A stretch of 62,695 bases of DNA, from contig METM01000027.1 of the NCBI GenBank assembly GCA_001772335.1, positions 21,776 through 84,470 on the forward strand, in the 5' to 3' direction. Positions 60,371 through 62,695 of this stretch are shown here, piece after piece (within the stretch, counting starts at the first letter, position 1; each line of letters starts with the position of its first letter). This DNA is from a candidate division WOR-1 bacterium RIFCSPHIGHO2_01_FULL_53_15. GTDB taxonomy: Bacteria; Margulisbacteria; WOR-1; O2-12-FULL-45-9; XYB2-FULL-48-7. A program made the translations under genes and the position numbers. The notes beneath the pieces are model-generated. The model was given only the letters and a program-made list of their open reading frames with translations. It had not been told where the DNA came from and searched no databases.

Positions 60371-62695
60371 TTCAGCACCGCTATTTTGCCGCGTCCGGAG
60401 ACCGATCTGTCTCCAAGCCGAGCCATAACCTCGAAAGGATAGATCCCGTTCATGACAATGTCGCCGCGTCCATTGCGCCCATCCCACTCAACATCATTAT
60501 ATTTGCCCCAAATGCTCGAGGCCTCTCCGGCGGTCGTGCCGTCAAGCTCGGTGACGAGGGAGCCGGTGACATCGTAGATCCTGATCTTAATCTCGCTCGC
60601 GTCAGTCGAGAGGCGGTAGCGGATCTTTGTCCTCTCCCTGTTCGGATTGAACGGATTCGGATAATTCGTGATGCCGGATAGCGATAATTCCGGACTAATA
60701 GTGAATGACCAAACTTCCGATGTCGCCGCTTCGTTGGTGGAGAGCGCCGTCACTTTCCAATAATAAGTGTCTCTATCAAGTCCCGGGTCAAACTCGTGGA
60801 TGGCGTAGTTGAAGTAGTAGAGCGTAGCGTCGGTCTTATCCGGCGAACCGGTGTTGGCTGACTTGTTGAAGGTTTGATGAGCAACCGTATTAAATGTATC
60901 CTCCTTGTCTATTTCAAGTTTGTATTCGGTCGCGTCGCCCTTGTGGTGCTTCCATTCGAAAGTTGGGCGGATGCTTTGAACATTCTTGTATGCGGCATCT
61001 CCTATATTTTTCGGAGCGACGAGGGTTGGAGATTCAAGGGCTGCGGACTCGCTTACAACAGTATGCCTTATTGCCATTGATACTGTCCCATTTATAGGAG
61101 CAAAATCGACAGGGATTTTTTGGAAATATACCGCAGGTGCATTTCCTCCGTTTCTCCAATCACGCCAAGCAACATAGGCATTATTATTGGCATCAACCGC
61201 TAGAGAAGGATACTCCTTTATGCCCGAAATATTTGTTAATTGGATCCAGGCGGAATTTGCCCGCCTATACCATATTTGATTGTTTTCGGCCTTTACGGAA
61301 TGATCTCCTATTGAGGTTGGGCCCACTGATGGTGGAGGTCCCACGTAAGGGCCATTGAATTGCCCCCAACTTTGACCAAGATCGGAAGAACTGCGTTGAT
61401 AGCGTATGTAAGCCATGGGATTAATTTGCTGAATAACCCACGATATCATTAACTGTGTCCCATTATTCGATAGTTCAGGTAAACCTGAATAAGGCAGGGC
61501 CCCTGTCCAGGCACCCCCTGCAATTAACACGTCGTCTCTTGCATAGGCCCAAGTAGCGTAAGTTACGGATTGATTTCCGGCTTCGTCTGAAGCCGCTACA
61601 GCAAAATAATAGTCCCCTTCATTAACATAATCGCCAGAGTCATTTTTGCCATCCCAAGTGGTTGAAATGCTTCCAGCTGCGATATAGCCGCTGTCCCAAA
61701 ATCTAATTGTCCTGACTCGTGTGAGATCCATTTTGTAAATACGTACTCCATAATTTACTTGGCTGGAATAATTATCGTTGATAGTTACTCCCATCGTCGA
61801 CTGTTGATACATTTGATTAAATGGATTAGGTGAAAGAGAATTGATTGTAACCGATGGCGGGGTTAAATCAATTTTAAAAGTAAGTAGCTGCGAATTATTT
61901 GACAGGCCAACCCCATCTACCGCCTTGATATAAACCGTATGCGTTTCCTCTCCCAAAGTCGGATGCCAACCCGTAGAAACATTGCCCTGGTCAACATCAT
62001 CAATAAATCCTCGATAATAACTGACGCCGCTGCCATTGCCGTCCCCAGGATCCGACCAGGTGAAATAGGGAGAACTATGATTCGACCAGCTGCCAACCGG
62101 CGTATGAGCGGCGGAAACCACCGGCGCGGCAGGCGGCGCCGTATCGATCCTGAAGACGAGGGGCGCCGAATCGGCGTATAATCCCGCCTTGTCATAAACT
62201 CTCAATTTAACCGTGCACCCGCCGTCAGGCAGTGCGATATGCCAGGCGCTGTAAAATGTTGATTGATTATTGCAGTCCGTTTGGGTCTGATAGGCGCCGT
62301 CAATATAATATTCAACGCGGCTTGGTTTCGACGTCGCGTCAGTCGCGCTGTAATCGATATATGGAGTATTGTGATTCGACCAGACCCCGACCGGCTGGTT
62401 GACCGGCGTGTGAGAGACGACGATCGAAGGGAAATTTGGCGGCGTCGTGTCAACAACAATTGAATCGCTGTTGTACCCGTAATTCCCGGCTTTATCCGAA
62501 TATCTGACATAAATATTTTTTACTCCGTCCGCCCCAGACAGCGTCCAGCTCTTTGACAAAGCAGGAGTTTCCCACGCCGTCAAGTTTCCATTGTCATCGC
62601 TAAAACTCATCATATCAATGCCGCTGGTCGCGTCAGAATAGGTTAGATTTAAAGTGATAGCGGGAGACGTAGTATAGGTATTATCATTATTGATC
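60367..62695 (-). CDS. large surface protein with Ig-like repeats and a FlgD-Ig/T9SS-type C-terminal domain (5' end beyond the window)
   Basis: The frame stays open to the window edge. There are repeated HTPV..WSNH..PY modules. The C-terminus is NYPNPFNPNRE.T.I.Y.L......I.IYDVTG.LV..L...........W.WDGRN..G..V.NGIY. Confidence 0.7.
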   Translation of the reverse strand, partial: INNDNTYTTSPAITLNLTYSDATSGIDMMSFSDDNGNLTAWETPALSKSWTLSGADGVKNIYVRYSDKAGNYGYNSDSIVVDTTPPNFPSIVVSHTPVNQPVGVWSNHNTPYIDYSATDATSKPSRVEYYIDGAYQTQTDCNNQSTFYSAWHIALPDGGCTVKLRVYDKAGLYADSAPLVFRIDTAPPAAPVVSAAHTPVGSWSNHSSPYFTWSDPGDGNGSGVSYYRGFIDDVDQGNVSTGWHPTLGEETHTVYIKAVDGVGLSNNSQLLTFKIDLTPPSVTINSLSPNPFNQMYQQSTMGVTINDNYSSQVNYGVRIYKMDLTRVRTIRFWDSGYIAAGSISTTWDGKNDSGDYVNEGDYYFAVAASDEAGNQSVTYATWAYARDDVLIAGGAWTGALPYSGLPELSNNGTQLMISWVIQQINPMAYIRYQRSSSDLGQSWGQFNGPYVGPPPSVGPTSIGDHSVKAENNQIWYRRANSAWIQLTNISGIKEYPSLAVDANNNAYVAWRDWRNGGNAPAVYFQKIPVDFAPINGTVSMAIRHTVVSESAALESPTLVAPKNIGDAAYKNVQSIRPTFEWKHHKGDATEYKLEIDKEDTFNTVAHQTFNKSANTGSPDKTDATLYYFNYAIHEFDPGLDRDTYYWKVTALSTNEAATSEVWSFTISPELSLSGITNYPNPFNPNRERTKIRYRLSTDASEIKIRIYDVTGSLVTELDGTTAGEASSIWGKYNDVEWDGRNGRGDIVMNGIYPFEVMARLGDRSVSGRGKIAVLK

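Overview
The window is about 62.7 kb from an uncultured, apparently diderm bacterium: it encodes SLH-domain envelope proteins, outer-membrane beta-barrels and pseudopilins. I cannot assign a taxon from the sequence alone. Most of the window is a housekeeping backbone on both strands: dxr, thrS-infC-rpmI-rplT, panC, topA, mutL, aroA-tyrA-apgM, purE, aroE, plsC, radA, clpC, surE, an SMC-like gene and a sensor kinase.

Accessory DNA interrupts this backbone in four ways.

1. Downstream of surE (29.3-35.0 kb), 1-2-gene nuclease/ATPase cassettes are stacked. Each is delimited by a direct-repeat copy of the surE 3' end, and no recombinase gene is visible.

2. Upstream of surE lies an accessory island (35.7-47.3 kb), visibly AT-richer from about 39.4 kb onward. 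It encodes truncated paralogues of core cell machinery: a DnaA domain-III-only protein, a DnaB C-terminal-domain-only protein, a ClpX AAA+ module, and an FtsZ C-terminal-domain-only protein. It also carries a WYL regulator surrounded by several stand-alone PD-(D/E)xK-like proteins and an HD hydrolase.

3. A 26-nt promoter-like element, TA(A/G)TGTCAYACC-N8-YATAAT, occurs seven times. It links cassette 2 at surE with the island.

4. A toxin-antitoxin (TA) cassette is inserted at the radA 5' end and is flanked by a duplicated radA start.

Four other features stand out:
- Heptamer tandem repeats occur inside coding linkers and around two four-helix-bundle genes.
- The SMC is short and lacks a hinge, and it is translationally coupled to a secreted protein with about 16 repeats.
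- One envelope protein has a beta-barrel-coiled-coil-SLH order, the reverse of OmpM.
- Two sites match the sigma54 promoter consensus.

I saw no rRNA, tRNA or CRISPR array. All functional calls come from reading motifs in the supplied translations by eye, and no database search was run.
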